Part shown: piece by piece, positions 46,122 through 60,723 of the stretch
Position numbering within the stretch: the first letter of the stretch is position 1
Layout of the letters: every line of letters begins with the position of its first letter
Made by a program: the position numbers and the translations under genes
Notes under the pieces: generated by a model
Told to the model about the DNA's origin: nothing
Seen by the model: only the letters and a program-made list of their open reading frames with translations
The model's database searches: none
NCBI RefSeq assembly: GCF_041146345.1
Contig: NW_027191405.1
Location: forward strand, 1,798,001 to 1,862,000
Direction: 5' to 3'
DNA: 64,000 bases
Source: Neodothiora populina
Lineage: Eukaryota

Positions 46122-47618
46122 TGTGTGAGTCGACGATGAAAATGCACTTTCTCACCAGCGATTGCGATTATCCCAGTCTGCAGTAATGCAAGGCAAAAGC
46201 ATTGCGACTCGTCTCAAACGACGTAGCATACCACAACACGTCCCGCACCAAGAATGACGAGGGCTAGCTGCGATACAGTTGGTGGACGGCGCGTGATAGC
46301 GAGCTCACTTCCACCGGCATTCGGCAATCCCTGGAAACCGAGACCTTCCTGCATGCAGTCTAATTTACGGATGCCAAACAGCCTCAAGGGCTTGCGCAAT
46401 GACTATGACAGATGCTTGACAAGGCGAACGGCAGTCCCTTCCGGGCAATCGTCGTTCCTTGGGCTCCGTCAGTATGGTCTCTGATATTGAAGGATGGCGA
46501 GACTGGATCATGCACTTGCCGCATAGGTCATGTACGATAAGCAGCATTTGATGAGATTTGTGGGCCTGGAGCTGCAGGACAAGGGACACTATACCCACAA
46601 GGACTCGGAGAGAGGACTCTACTGTACAAGTACAGTCGAGCACGGCTGCAAGCGGCACGCGTCCGAGAGACATGATTGGGCTCAAGCTTGTTTGTAGTAC
46701 TTTATGGATGAAAAGCCGTGCTTCGATCTGCACGCACAGGCGTAGTACACAGTACAGATACTGCTTTCACTTTGCGCACCAATTGCAGCCTTTTGCGATG
46801 ACGCTGGCTGGTTGTTGTATCACGATATTTTGTAGAAGACATACGTCACGGGAGGATCGAAGTACCACCACAACTCTGCATTCACAGTATCTTCATGTGA
46901 TGCTTATCGATTGCGAAAGTCTTGCTGGAAATGAGCAAAAGCCACTCCGCCCCGCTCGCTGTACAGGCCTTTTAATGTGGAACTTTTCACCATTGGTGTA
47001 TATTGAGATTCGATGCACATGTTCAATAGGTTACCAGCTACCTTGTGATCCACGAAGCGGCTCCACGCCGCGTACAAGCAGCAGTTCAATGGCCGGCCAG
47101 GTACAGGCTGAGCAAGGTTCCTCGTAAGATGCCGCCCTGTAAGTACGTTGTGAGTGGGGAAGCTAGTAATTAAACTTTCAAAACGTAGCTAAGAAATGGA
47201 CTTTATCGGCGCAGACAGGGCAGTACTGTCGTTGCCATTACTAGATATGGGTACACACTGTTACTCTATCATCCTCTCACAGTGCTTTGCTCTATCGGCT
47301 TTATGTGGAGCGTGTCGTTCCACTCCATTGCTATTACTGTGACGGTGCGCGTGTGATTTCTGTACTGCACGGCGGGATGCATTGAGGCGCTACTTGTAGC
47401 TCAACATCTCATCTCAGCAGACGTCGATGGTGAGAGAAAAAGGAAGGAAAAGGGAACTACAGTAGTCGACCGACATCCCAAGCAAGCAAGCAAGCAAGCG
47501 ACCACAAGGGCAGGATCGGAATAGGCACACCCTGTCGTGCTGCATCCCTGCTCTATTCTGTATATTGATACCTGGGTATCAATTAGCTGTACCATTCTTG
47601 CGGAATTGTACCTTGACC

Positions 47619-50600
47619 ATGTCGCGACTTTTCAAAGGACGTAGGGGTTCGGCAGCAAGTCAGCAGCAGCAACAGCAACAGCAACCGCAACAGCAGCAAC
47701 TGCCTTTTACCAACAATGACGTCCAATCTGCCGACTTCCTCAATGATGCAGATACTTCTGCGACTTCCGGATCTGCTGTCATTGACGCTGCGCCTGCCAA
47801 TCTGAACACCAACCGGGGCCGGTCCAGCTCCATCCTGTCATCTTCTTACAAGACACCGGCTCGATCTTATATTCATCATGCTGGACATGGACACCAGGAG
47901 CCAGTCCACTATTCGTCCACGGGCGTGCGTGAGCAGACGGCCGAGCTCTCGTCGTCATTCCTGAGCGAGAGCGACATGCACTCGCGCTTTCCCAAGAGAT
48001 TCTCCCAAGACTCTCAACCAGCCGCCTTCCGCCGCAGTCTCGACTCGAATCCCTCCAGTCGACATTCGCAAGACTTCTCGCCCGCCCCAAACCGTTCTAG
48101 CGTCGCTTCCGATACTGCTTTCGATGCCATTGAGAGAGGCAAGAGGGGTGAGAGAAGACCGACGGCGATCGTGGAACGTCCTGAGCCTGTCTCACCCGAG
48201 GAATCGCTGACCCAGCAGTCTCCGCCTCACGTGTCGAAGCTGTCCGAATTGCTGTCTGACGGCGAAACTCCCCCTCAATCACGCGACGGCCCCACTGCCT
48301 CAACTCCGCCTCGTGCGCGTCCACAGAGCATGGTCCCGAGCCTCGTCGTGAGCGAGGCCGACAGCGACGCTGCCAACAACGCAACCGAGACGAGCCCTTT
48401 GCTTGGTCGGAGGCCGAATTCGTTCCAAAATGGCAAGAGTCTGGATGGTGGCAATGATGAGGTTGACAACGGCGACAATCTTGAACAAGACGACGTTGAG
48501 AGACAATCCTTGCATCGATCAGGCACATGGCGCACAATCCAGCATGCTTATCCCTCCCTCAGGAAACTGGTCCTTGACACATACCACACTGCTTCGCACC
48601 CCAAGAGCTGGGATGTACGTTCAGCTGCGCGTATCGCTGTTGTGAAGCCAGCCATGGCAATGCCCGCCGTTTTCCTCGGTGTGCTTTTGAATCTCCTAGA
48701 TGCCCTGTCTTACGGCATCATCTTGTTCCCCTTGGGAGAGGAAGTCTTCTCTGGCATGGGTGCAGATGGTGTCTCCATGTTCTACGTAAGTTGCATCGTT
48801 GCGCAGCTCGTCTACTCGTCCGGCAGTATTTTCCGAGGAGGCGTAGGCTCCGAGATGATTGAGGTTGTGCCATTTTTCCACAAAATGACCTACATGATCA
48901 TCGGCAGCATGGGCGATGAGAACCCCGACGCTCTCCGAGCTACCGTCATCGTCTCCTATGCCATGAGCTCTATCTTGACTGGTGTCGTCTTCTTTGGCCT
49001 CGGAAGCGCTCGCCTGGGAACGCTTGTCAACTTCTTTCCGCACAGCATCCTCACAGGATGCATTGGCGGTGTCGGTATATTCCTTTTCGTTACAGGTATT
49101 GAGGTATCCGCCAGACTGCCCGGTAACTTTGAGTTCACCGCAGAAGTCTTTTCGCAATTGTTTGAGGCTGACACTGTCGTGCTGTGGCTTCCTCCACTTG
49201 GCCTTGCGATCATCTTGCTGACGGTCAAGCACTTCTATGACCGACCTTGGCTCGTTCCCGCTTACTATATTGGCATCACCGTCCTTTTCTACATCGTCGT
49301 TGCTGCGACTCCCAAGCTCTCCCTCGATACACTTCGCGGCAAAGGCTGGATCTTTGAGGCCCCTGCAGCTGGAGTTGCCTTCTACAACTTCTATTCCTAC
49401 TACAAATTCTCACTTGTCGACTGGGATGCTATCTGGGCAACGGTACCTACACAGTTCGCTTTGACCTTCTTCGGTATCCTTCACGTTCCCATCAACGTGC
49501 CCAACCTCGCCATGGTTGTGCAGGAAGACAACGTCAGTGTCAATCGGGAACTCATCATGCACGGTCTGTCTAACACACTTTCCGGCTGCCTGGGCAGCAT
49601 TCAGAACTACCTGGTCTTTGTCAACAGTGTCCTTTTTATCAACACGGGAGGTGACACTCGTCTGGCAGGTTACATGCTGGCTCTCGCCACTTTTGGTTTG
49701 TGGGTTGCCGGTCCTGTCGTCATCGGATATGTCCCTGTCATGGTTGTAGGCACCCTGATCTATATGCTCGGCATCGAGCTTGCAATGGAGGCAATGGTGA
49801 CAACTTATGGCCGCCTTCACCGCCTTGAGTACTTCACTATTGTTGCCATCGCTATCGTCATGGGTTTCTACGATTTTGTTGTCGGAATCGCTATCGGCAT
49901 TGGCCTCGCATGTCTCGTCTACGTTGTGCAGACATCCAGGAGAACCGTTATCAGAGCAGAGTTCTCAGGCGCTGTTGCTGAATCGACCGTTCGACGCCAT
50001 CCCCGGCAGCGCGAGTATCTCCACCGTGCAGGTTCTCAAGTTCGCGTAATCAAGCTCGGAGGCTATCTCTTCTTCGGAAGTATTGTTAAGGTAGAAAAGA
50101 AGGTTCGGGCCCTGATCGACTCCGAGGCCTTCGCGGCAACTCCTATCCGCTACCTCATACTCGACTTTGACCATGTTACCGGAATCGACTTCTCTGCTGC
50201 GGAGGCATTCGGTCGCATGAACCGTATCCTGCACCGTCGAGATGTGAGGCTAGCACTGGCAGGCGTGACCTTGCAAAGCGAAGTGGGTGAGAGTCTGCAA
50301 ATGGTAGGACTCTTCACCGAATCTGACGATGACGACGCGATACCTTCGCCCAAGGTCTTCGAGAGCCTCAATGACGCACTTGAGTCTTGTGAGAATGAGC
50401 TACTCATTATTCTTAACGAGAGGCATGACATGGCTGCTCATCATAGAGACTCCCAGGTGCAATCGATGGGCATTCCAATTGCGACTGGCAATGATTCGTC
50501 GCCTGCATTCGACATGAGCGTTGGATCACCGCGTCGTAACTTCCTCGTTGAAGCGGCCACGACTACTATCAGCGAACACCGAAACCGTGATTCGACCCGG

Positions 50601-51114
50601 TGGAGGAACTTCAAACAACCACTACCTTTGATACTTCAAGCGTTTCAAGGTGTCACCGACAAGAACGAGGATTTCTGGTTCCGTGCCGTCTCGTATTTTG
50701 AGCGAAAAGAATATCTCAGAGGAAAGGTCCTCTACAGCCGTGGTGACGAACCGGACGGATTCTACCTCCTGCAGTCGGGCATACTACGCGCCGATTATGA
50801 TCTCGACCAGGGCAACTACCATGAAAGTATCGTGGCTGGCACGACCTGCGGCGAATTACCATTTTTCAGCGAAACGAATCGGACCGGCACAGTCGTTGCT
50901 GAGCTGGACTGCGTGGCATGGTTATTGACACCGGACCGATGGGCTTCGATGCAGAAGGACGACCAAGACGTTGCTGCAGAATTGTTGAAGGTCGGCATGA
51001 AACTGAGTGCGGAGAGAATGAACGCAATCACTTCGTGAGTCTCACTACATGCTTTTGAAACACCGTGTGCAGGGCTGACATTGTTACAGATACGTGCTCA
51101 TCACCGCCAGTTGA
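47619..51114 (+). CDS. VSB1: SulP/SLC26-family transporter with STAS and cNMP/RmlC-like domain (Vsb1/YGR125W-like vacuolar transporter)
   Basis: LLNLLDALSYGIILFP, GGVGSEMIEVVPFFH, STAS (GYLFFG..ILDFDHVTGIDFSAAEAF), C-terminal GTTCGELPFF; last intron 51035-51089; N-terminal poly-Q. Confidence 0.88.
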
Positions 51115-52174
51115 GTCGGCTTATTGAGCTGCCTCTAGTATTATAGGTTTCTTTCAGTCAATAACATACCTCAAACCTCCTTTTGTAACAGATCTGTATT
51201 TATTTTCGTTGAGATCAGACGGTCCCACGAGGTTTCCAGTGAAAGATCTACTTCGCCAAGTCAAAGATGGATGGGGAAACTTTACCGAAGCAGTCTATAT
51301 ACACATGCACATCATAGATCATGCGGCTTGTTGCGACACTCGATCACAACTCTTATAGGACCCACTGGCTTTACCTGCCAAGAGTGGCACATCAACGCCG
51401 AGTCAGACACGAGAATCTTCTACTGGAGATTGTGACTGGCCCTGATGCCTCTCGCTTGATGTATGGCGCCTAATAGGACCTCATTTCGCCATGCCAGTTG
51501 CAGCAAAAGGTATGGGGGGTGGCCTGCCACTCGTTATCGCAGTACCGCTACTCGGTCGCAAGCCCGGGTGTAGCCGAGCGAACCACGAAAGATAGACTTC
51601 GTCGCTAACCAGACAAGCGAGAACCCTGTGACGAGTCAATCACTCTGTTAATCGCCACGGGGAAGAGAAAGCAACGGAGATCCCCTGATACTGAAATGAT
51701 GAAATGCTAATTTTCTTCTCCATCTTGTTATGGTCGCAGTATCACTATATCAGCGCAACAATACAGCAAGCTAGATACTGTAAGATGGTACGAGTACGTA
51801 TACGGAGTAAGACACCTTAAATCAGGCGTTGTACTTATACTTGTACAAGCAGGGAGCTCTTGTACCGAGAACCCTGGCGTCTTGTACTGTCATTGCGAGG
51901 GTCCGTCCTGTACCCTGGAGCCCTCGTGTCTGTTCAACGCTCCGGAAGCTAAGTCCCTGAGAAACCCAACCTCTCGTTTTGAGGCCGTGAACGGTCAATT
52001 GCAAAGGGTCCGCCGCGAACGGCGAAGGGCTTGCAATACTCAACATAACCTTTTTCGCGCAACAGCATCAGAAGGGGAAACCAATCCACACGATCGAGAT
52101 CACTTCGGCTCAACTTAAAGTAAGGTTAACACTGCCGCTGCCACTTCGTTTTATCCCACAGACGACAATAACAG

Positions 52175-52198
52175 CAACAACAACAACAACAACAACAA
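52175..52198. repeat. (CAA)8 microsatellite
   Basis: Eight perfect CAA units in intergenic DNA. Confidence 0.9.
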
Positions 52199-54478
52199 CG
52201 CGAAAAGGCCGAGGCTTCTGGCCCGTCCGCGTGGATTCACTCACAGTGAACGATCGTCATTGCCAAATCTGTTTCAGATTGGGGCTGGCAGAATGCAATA
52301 GACACTTGCATCTCCCTGACTTTGGCACACACTACAGCAGTAGTAGCTTTCTGTCTTTCTCATGTGAACGCTGCTGCAGTAGCAGCAGCGGCGGTGACAG
52401 CAGCGAGCAAATATTGGTCACGAGCACTCGCGCAGGGTCTTCAGTCCCAAGTCCTGTTAGAAAAGGTACACGTTATAACGATCCTGCTTTCACCCGATTG
52501 TTCTCCATGGGTCCGAGCGGAAGCAACCACACTAGAAAGCGTGACAGAACAGACATCTCTCCGTAGCTTTTCTTGAGCCTCGGAAAATAGGGCAAAAGCT
52601 TCCCTGGCAATGTCGGGGATTCACAGCGCGGGCGGATGCGCTCTCGATATTCGCAATTTGACACGGTACAAGTCTTACAATTTCGAGCGCGAGTCAAGGG
52701 GAGAAAAGGCCAGAATTAAACGACAAGCCAGAAAACAAGATCGAGGGACCGACGATCATTTAGGCGCTGCTCGCTATTTGCGGTGAAGCCCTCTCCGTCC
52801 GCCACTCCTGACTGACACTGCAACTACTTACCAATTTGCTCTGGGGCAACACCTTAATCTAAAAAACATAACCAGTGACCAAGTTTTCTCTTTGGTGGTC
52901 TTGAAATTTCCCCCACATATAATCCCGAGCGCGTACCGCGAAAAGTAACACCTTCGCAAAGACGAGAACCAATCGAATTATGTAAGATGTTCAAAAGGAC
53001 CAAGGGCAAAAGATTACAATGCGTGTGTATGTGTACCATACTGTACACACGTACTGTTACGTACCTAGTTATCGGCGGGCTCTCTCGAAGGGTGTTATTG
53101 GCATGGCATGGCATGGGATCGCTGATCACGCTCCCATGCACATACTGTATGTACATCACATCCTCTACACACCCCCCTCCAGTCACTCCTTCATCCTATC
53201 AACCCTCTTATCTCGATCCCAACGGAAACTGGAATCGAACTTTGGTTCTCGTGACCGAAATTTCTTTCGTCCTCGTGAGTAGCAAGTGCGGTTCTTTTGG
53301 TAAGATAAACAAGCCAAGTACTAGACCATCGAGCGCGCGCGAGTAGATCAGAGAGACGCACAACAAACGCGGGTTGCAGATGATGTCCAAGTAGAGTGTT
53401 GGAGGAGGGGGTCTGTGCACTTTGAGTTTCAGGCGGCGCCGTTTGTTGCTAGTCAAGACATCTCCCCTCGGTCCCTAAGCATAGTAGCTCGACTATTCTT
53501 TTTTTCCTTCGGTGAGTGTTTCGGCTTGCGTTACTCAATAAGAAAAAGAGAATTTAGGTTTTAGGAGGATCTTTTTTGGGATTCGAAAATAAGCACCAAG
53601 GTGCTCGAGGATCGTAGTTTTCGTAAGATTGCTCGTGTTTCTCTTAATGTTGCCTGACGATGGGAAATTTGGGGGGTGGGGAGGAAAGCCTGAGCCTTGT
53701 TCTTACTCGTCAAGATGATGGGAGTTCCAAGTGTGTGCCAGTGTTACAACTGTACGTGTCAGGTGCTGTAGTAGTGAATCTTTCTACCGAGCGCTTATGT
53801 CGACGTCTTCAAATTGAAACACGGCCGCTTACAGGCTGTGGACAGTGGTACTGCATGGGCTTTTGTGTGCAAACATACCCGAAGCGGCAGGGATCGACCA
53901 CGCCTATCCAGCGAAACGCTCTGTGATTGCAGAGTCTCACATCATATCATGAGGCGACCCTAGCAAACCGCTACTGTACTCGGCAAAATAGTAACATGGG
54001 CTTGCTTCGAACCAAACCAGCCCAGCCCAGCGCGCCCGCCTGTCAAATTTCATTTCATACCTGAGGAAAAGGGGACCCGGAGTTCAGTCATGGTCTAAGC
54101 ACAGACATGTGCAGATGCATCTGCCACGCCCTTGCCCCCTATAATCAAAGTAATCTTACCGTCTCTCCCTCTTCCCACACTCTTTTCTACCATTTCTCAT
54201 CCTTCCAACCAGATCGCCTTACCTTCTTCTATCGTTTGTGAAGATAAGCTGTTTTCCTGTTTGTCTGGATACCAAGAACCCACCAGACACACACACCCTT
54301 TTTCCATATCAGGTGAGTAGAAGAGTGTTTTGCAACACAGACCGAATCACCTTCACCTACATTTTACCTTTTCTTCCGCATCTTTTCCCCACCTTTTCTT
54401 TGCTGATATCAAAACCTCCACAGATAGCTCTTTCTTGACGTGGCTTGCTACCGATAGTCTCTCTTGCAGCACCACAAA

Positions 54479-56365
54479 ATGTCTGCTCCCGAGGCCACCA
54501 CCGCATCGCATGCTGCTCCTGCAGACGCGCCAGCAGTCTCAGAGCCTGCTGTTGCACAGCCTGCCGAGACCACCACCACTGCTGCCACTGAGGAGTCTCC
54601 TGTCGCAGAGACTGCCGCCACGACTGACGCTGCTGTTGTCGCGGAAGATGCACCTGTAGCTGCAACCGAACTCACTGAGCCCAAGGCAACTGAGGCCGCT
54701 GCCGCCGCCGAGACCCCTGCTGAGGAGACGACGACCGAGGGTGCCGTCGCAGAGACTGAGGCCGAGCCCGTCAAGCCTGTCGAGTCAGGTGTGCTCGGCT
54801 ACAAGGCCCCGGGTCTGATCAAGTGAGTGTTGCAAATATTTATGATCTGACCGAAGAAGCTAATCAGCATGAACAGGAGCTTCAAGTTCTCCAAGAAGTA
54901 CTTCTGGCTCGGCGAGGAGCCTGTATCTCACGAGAAGCTCACCACTTACCTGCGCGGTGAGAAGCCAGAGGTTGCTCACTCCACCGCAGCCTGGTCCTCT
55001 CAGACCGGAAAGGGTCTGCTTTACTTCGCCAAGCACGCAGATGACAAGGCCAACCCAGCCGGCGTCCTGAACCTTGTAAGTTGGCGCAATCCATGCGATG
55101 CGATGCAGCAATGCAGAAGTTAACCTATATGACAGTCAGAGGCATTTGACCTCGAGAAGCATGCGCCAACCGAATTCTCCTTCAAGCTGAACGGCCACAA
55201 GCACACTTTCAAGTCCGAGGAGGGATCCAGGGATGGATGGTACGTTGCCATCGAGCAGACCATGGCCGAGGCCAAGGCCTCTCAGGACACCGTCATGGGC
55301 AGCGAAGGTTACAAGGAGGCTCTTGCTCACCTCGCAAAGCCTGCTGTCGTTGTTGGCGGCGCCTCTGCAGCCGTTGCCGGTGCCAGAAAGAGCGTCGACA
55401 CCCCCAAGATCGAAGAGCCCGCCCGTGCCGGATCCTCGTCCAGCTCGTCTGACGGTGAGGCCGCTGCCAAGAAGAAGAGCAAGAGCAAGAGTCGCTCGGT
55501 GTCGAGAAACAACAAGAGATCGTCCATCTTCGGTAGCTTGCTCGGCAGAAAGGAGGAGCACGATGCTAAGAAGGAGGTCGCAAAGGAAGAGAAAGCAGAG
55601 GAGAAGGCAGAGGACAAGGAGATCGCAGTCGAACCTGTAGAGACTCCTGCCGCCGAGTCTTCATCCACACCCGCTCCTCTCGATGCCGAGGCTGTTGCTG
55701 CTCGCGCTACTGCTGAGCCCGCTGCCGAAGAGACCAAGCCCGCCGCCGAGACCGAGCCTGCCGTCGCTGCAGCCAAGGAGGACAGACCCAAGGCCCCCTC
55801 CAAGAGAAACTCGCTCTTCGGTTTCTTCGAGAAGGTCAAGAGCCCTTCGCAAGAGAAGAAAGAGAGCGAGGTTGCCCCAGTCGTCCCTGCAAAGGAAACT
55901 GCCATCTCGGCCGAGCCTCCTGTTCTTCCCGAACCCACAAGCCTGGAGACTTCAGCCGAGCCCACTGTCGTCGAGCCTGTCACTCCGGCCGCGGAGAATG
56001 CAGCTAAGCCCGAGGAGGTTCCCACTCAGGCCAATGCCGACAAGGCCACCACTCCCAAGGAGTCGCGTCGCAAGTCATACTTCGGCACCCAGAAGATCTC
56101 ATCTCTGTTCAGAAAGCCCAGCCAGATGCGTGACAACAAGAAGGAGAACGTTGCACCCGCCTCCGAGGACAAGGCTCCCGAGGTCCCTGCCATCGCTGAG
56201 AGCAGCGAGGTCAAGGCCGAGGATGCTCCCGTTGAGACATCGGCCCCAGCTACCGCCACTGAGACCAAGGCCGAGGAGACCCATGCCAGCGCTGCTGTGC
56301 CAGAGACGATCGCCCCCTCGCACGAGCAGGACAAGAGCGCACCAGTTGTCTCTACCGCTGCGTAA
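54479..56365 (+). CDS. Ala/Glu/Pro-rich protein with Meu6-type PH domain
   Basis: ESGVLGYKAPGLIK|SFKFSKKYFW..AAWSSQTGKGLLYFAK..PAGVLNL|..EFSFKLNGHKHTF; two coding introns plus a probable 5'-UTR intron 54313-54470. Confidence 0.85.
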
Positions 56366-57688
56366 AGTGGTGGCATGATCCGAGCCACGACGGGTGAATG
56401 CGACTGCAGCCAACAGGTCGATCTGGCCACTGACTCATGATGGAGAGGCGGTCGCGGAGCGAACTTTGGTCTGGAGATCGAAGGTGTCGTCTTCGCGACT
56501 CTATAGAGATACCCCCCTTTTGACGCGCCGACTGTCTTGACTGCGAGTCTTGTACTTAATATCCAACTCTCGCCACTCCTTTTATCACAACGGAAGAGGC
56601 GCGCAGAAGAGGCAGTCGCCAAAGAGGTCAATCTGTGTTTTCTTTGTTTTTACATTTCCTGCTTTCTGCCTTTCCTTTTGCTATCAGTCACTGCTTTCCT
56701 TGCACTTGATTGCTTTTCTCTTGCTATGGTTTTTTTTGTCATTCTTCATCGCGAATACCCGTGATACCCTGTCCTGTCCAATCGGTTTCTTTGCGAATGG
56801 GTTATTGAAGGATCACCTAGCTAGGAAGGCTGGGTCGTTGGGCCTGGGAGGGGAGGAGGATTATATGGTGAGAGATGGAAGCCTGGCGGTGACGCATATG
56901 TTCCTGCCTCGTTAGATTGTAATCGAAATCGAATACTACGATCCTTTGATGCTACACGTTCTGCGAGTCTTGCGCAAGTGATTCTCTATGTTCGCGATTC
57001 ACTCTCGCGGAGGATACAGAGGCAAGGTAGGTTTGAAAGTATCAAGAAGGAGGGAGAGAATTGATTGAGCGAGTGGGGCCAATCACCGGCTTCGGATCCT
57101 TGCGGCGCGGCGATGTGAGGAGAATGGACGCAAGTCTAGACCGCCGCCCGCATATCCGTCGAATACTGTGCCGTGCGGTATCGTAATGCACTTTCAGCAT
57201 TCTCATAGAATAGGTACTGTGCAAGTAGATTACTATGTAAAGTAGGATCCTCAGACATCTCCCGCCGGCTAAGAAAAGAACATGACTATAGTGTGTCACT
57301 GGTAACACACACACACATACATCCTTTCATCAACCGCTACAGCAACAACATCAACCAGACCATATCTCTGTACATACAACAGTCACGCTCGAGTGTCCCT
57401 CGTTCGACTCAAAAAAAAAGATTCATATCATCGAACTATCTCGCCACTCCCCTGTCTCCGCAGCCAAACTCCGCAGCCAATATCTAAACCCGCAGAAAGA
57501 CTCCTGGCTCGCAATCTCACATCAATCTTGTACATATCTTTCTTCTGCACTACCAAGAACTCACCTCGCCATCGAGTCCGGATAATCGGCAATAATCCTA
57601 CAGCACTCCATCACGCGACACAGACGAATCTATTACCCCCGACTTTCTTTTAATTTTTTCAATACAGTATGAATCAGTGAGCAAGACA

Positions 57689-58709
57689 ATGGTGAGAATC
57701 AGGCCCTCTTTTCATTTCATATTTGTTTCCTATACACAACACGCTGTCTGTGATGTGCGCGCATGCGACAAATGACTGAGTCGAGCGAGCGCAGGGCTGC
57801 ACATCTTCCCGCGAAATTGGCGATCATGCAGACGCCTCACCCCTCCAACCTGCGCGATCCGTGAACGTCGATGCGACCGGCCACGCTGGCGGAGATCCTT
57901 CGTCGTCGACACAAGCAATCTCCGAAGGCGCGGCCTCTCTGTCTGGTTCAATCGATCATCCCCCACGATCACGGTCCTCGCGAAACAACAACGATGCTTC
58001 GGCGAATGCTCGACCCAATCAGCCCCTGCGCCTGCCTCTGCCCGTGGCGAACTCGCCGGCCTCGTTGACTCTCCACCCATGGACCCACAGAGAACTAGAG
58101 CGACAGCGCGAAGCCTTTTTCGAAACCAGAGTGACAGGCACCGTGGAGACTTGGGCTACCCTCAGGCTCGTCTGTGATATGCTCCGCGCTGGAAACGTGG
58201 CTGGCGCTCAGGGTATACTGGACGCCAGCGGACTCACCTGCCCTACTGGAAGCGTTGTTGCAGAGCGACAAGCCACGCGTAACGGGCGGACGAGCAAGAA
58301 AGGCGGAGTGTACGATGACAAGGGTGTGCTCTACGGTGTTCCGGGCTGGATAGTCGCCGATCCAGAAGATCTTGTCAAAGAAATTGTCGACGAGGATCAC
58401 GATGAAAAGGCAGGCGATATAGACCACTTGACCGCGGGCAGTCATGTGGCAGAAAAAGGCGAGTCGCCAGAAGACTATATCGGAGAGCTGGTCAAAGTCA
58501 AGGCTCGACTGTCCGGGAAAGAAACCGATGTCGTTGTCACCGTAGGCCGTGAGCAGAAGATTGGAGTGGTGGTAAGCAAGATCAAGGACAAGGCCAAGGT
58601 CGACAAGCTACGATTGGTGCACATGGGCAAGATGCTTGGAGAGAACGAGAAGCTCTCCGACACTGCATGGGCGCCTGGTCACGTCTTCAATGCCTTTGTC
58701 TTCGAGTGA
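57689..58709 (+). CDS. Ubiquitin domain-containing protein (UBTD1/DC-UbP-like)
   Basis: ATG-only first coding exon, intron 57692-57794, MGCTSS N-terminus; WTHRELERQREAFFETRVTG..W; C-terminal ubiquitin-like RLVHMGKML. Confidence 0.85.
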
Positions 58710-59383
58710 TGCGTCTGTCTTTTGAAATATTCACGTTCATTTGTCTTTTTGGGGGGTAGGATTTCCCTTTTCATTGCGTCTATGTTTCATTTGTCGTTTT
58801 TTTCTTTTTACTATCGATAGATCGTCATAATTCCGCATAGCATAGCATTGGAGCGAGGGGAACCAAGCGCAGGCGTAAATGGGTTGGGGGCCGTGGGAAA
58901 ACGGGCGGCATTCTTTTACCTTTTCCTGCCTTGTTCCTTTTATTCGTACGTTTGTATATGGATCTATACCATAGGCAGTCAAGATGGCTTCTCTCGAGCA
59001 TTTTATAGCAGGCACAGTCTATTTTCCAGTCACTATATTGTTGAAGCAAGCACACAGCAAGACGCCCATCAATTTGGAGTGAATTCGGAAAGCACTATAT
59101 GGAGTGCCACAAGGATGTACCAGGAAACACACGGTGGCTTACAGTACACAATACATGAACGTGCGATGTGATGCCAACAAGTATCATGCATGCTTATGGA
59201 CGTGTTTCATACTATCACTTTCATACTACCGCCAATTCAGTTGGGTTAACAAAAGTCAGTGATCATCAGTATGCTTAGTGCTTTAGTGATCAACCACTCC
59301 TCTTGGCACATTCATCTCCATCTTCTCCAAAACCACAATTGTTGATCGAACAGCTGCAACTACGACGACCACGATGGAATGTT

Positions 59384-60518
59384 ATGCCAAAGTACATCCC
59401 GCCTCGTAAATCAGGGCCACATCGTATAGCCGGTAAATTCATAACTCTCACTTCTTCTTCGTCGTTCTTGCTACAAACATCGAAGAACCCACGGACTGAT
59501 ATACCTTTCGTGAATAACCAGCAATCGCACTGTATCGAGCTCTCCTTGTGCGATGCGATACGGCACAGGTTGCCAGTGAGCACCGCTCGACTCTGCGCAA
59601 TGTGATTCGGAACAAATTCAGGAGCAATGCCAATTTGCAGAGCACGGTTCTGCTCAGGAATGCTTTCACTGCCGGACATGAGGTATATTGCTCTTTCTCT
59701 TCGATTTGGTCCATGTATATCTCTTGCGTCTCTGACTATTCCACTCTGCCATCTCACAGGCACTCGACCATCTGCACTTCTCGGCCACAGGTCGTCAAGA
59801 AAGCACGTCGTATCTCGCAGACTTGATATCGCGACTCCCAGCCCACATGGCGAAACCCCCTCCACGCGCGCAGCCCGCACCCACCGAGAAGCCAGCATCT
59901 CGTCCTCCCCTAGCGACAGGATGGGAGAACAGCGCCCTCGCCGCCCGTCCCCGCCCGCTGTCCCAACTCAAAGGCGGTAAGCGCAACATCCCCGTTCTGG
60001 TCTCGGCGAATCGCATCCCGATCTTGCGCACTCAGAAGCCTGTGTCGCATGCGCTGTCGGTGTATATCCATGCCCGAGTGGTGCAGAGACAGCGCAGACA
60101 TGATAGGCGGTGGGAATTGATGGAGGCTGCGCGCGTCGCTCAGGGCGAGGATCTGTGGGATAGGGAGATTGAGCGGAAGTTGCAGGAGGCGCGAGATGCC
60201 GAGGAGGATGGGGATCAGGCGGGGGAGGAAGAGGAACAGTCGTCGACGAGCAAGCTGGTTAGTGGAGGGGCGAGAGAGCCCTCGTGGGAGTCGGAGATCC
60301 AGCGCGCGTTGAAAGAGGTCGGCAAGTCCTTGCTGCGCGAGGCCGAGAAGAATAAGTCCTGGGCTGCGAAGATGGTCGAGCTCATTGATCGCGAAAAGGA
60401 AACGGCCGAGAAGGAAAGGAAGGAACGGAAGATGATGCGCAATCAAGAACGCAGGGACAGGAAATTGATGCGAGATACTGAGACCGCGGAGTCAGATAAG
60501 CCGAGTTCAAGTGCATAG
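59384..60518 (+). CDS. Mitochondrial LYR-motif (Complex1_LYR-like) protein
   Basis: MPKYIPPRKSGPHRIA|AIALYRALL...IRNKFRSN...FTAGHE|ALDHL; two introns; charged C-terminus. Confidence 0.75.
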
Positions 60519-60723
60519 CTTGCATATACCCTCATCGCACTCGACGGTCAGGTGAAATCTGCCAGTTCTCCTTGATGGACCTCCGGCGTCACCTGATAGC
60601 ATACGAAAGTATCGAAGTCATGATTCCTCTATTTCCAAGCCTGTGATCGCTCACAACAACATCTACAACATCACACGATTCATGCTATATACACATCATC
60701 AGAGATCCAAATCGTATCTTTCC

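Noticed and set aside
46558..47127. 189-aa ORF upstream of the Vsb1-like gene
   Set aside because: Non-ATG start, non-protein-like composition, no motif
55327..56631. Long antisense and alternative-frame ORFs over the Meu6-like gene (similar ones over RPL6 and the FAD oxidoreductase)
   Set aside because: Shadows of strong codon bias in the real gene
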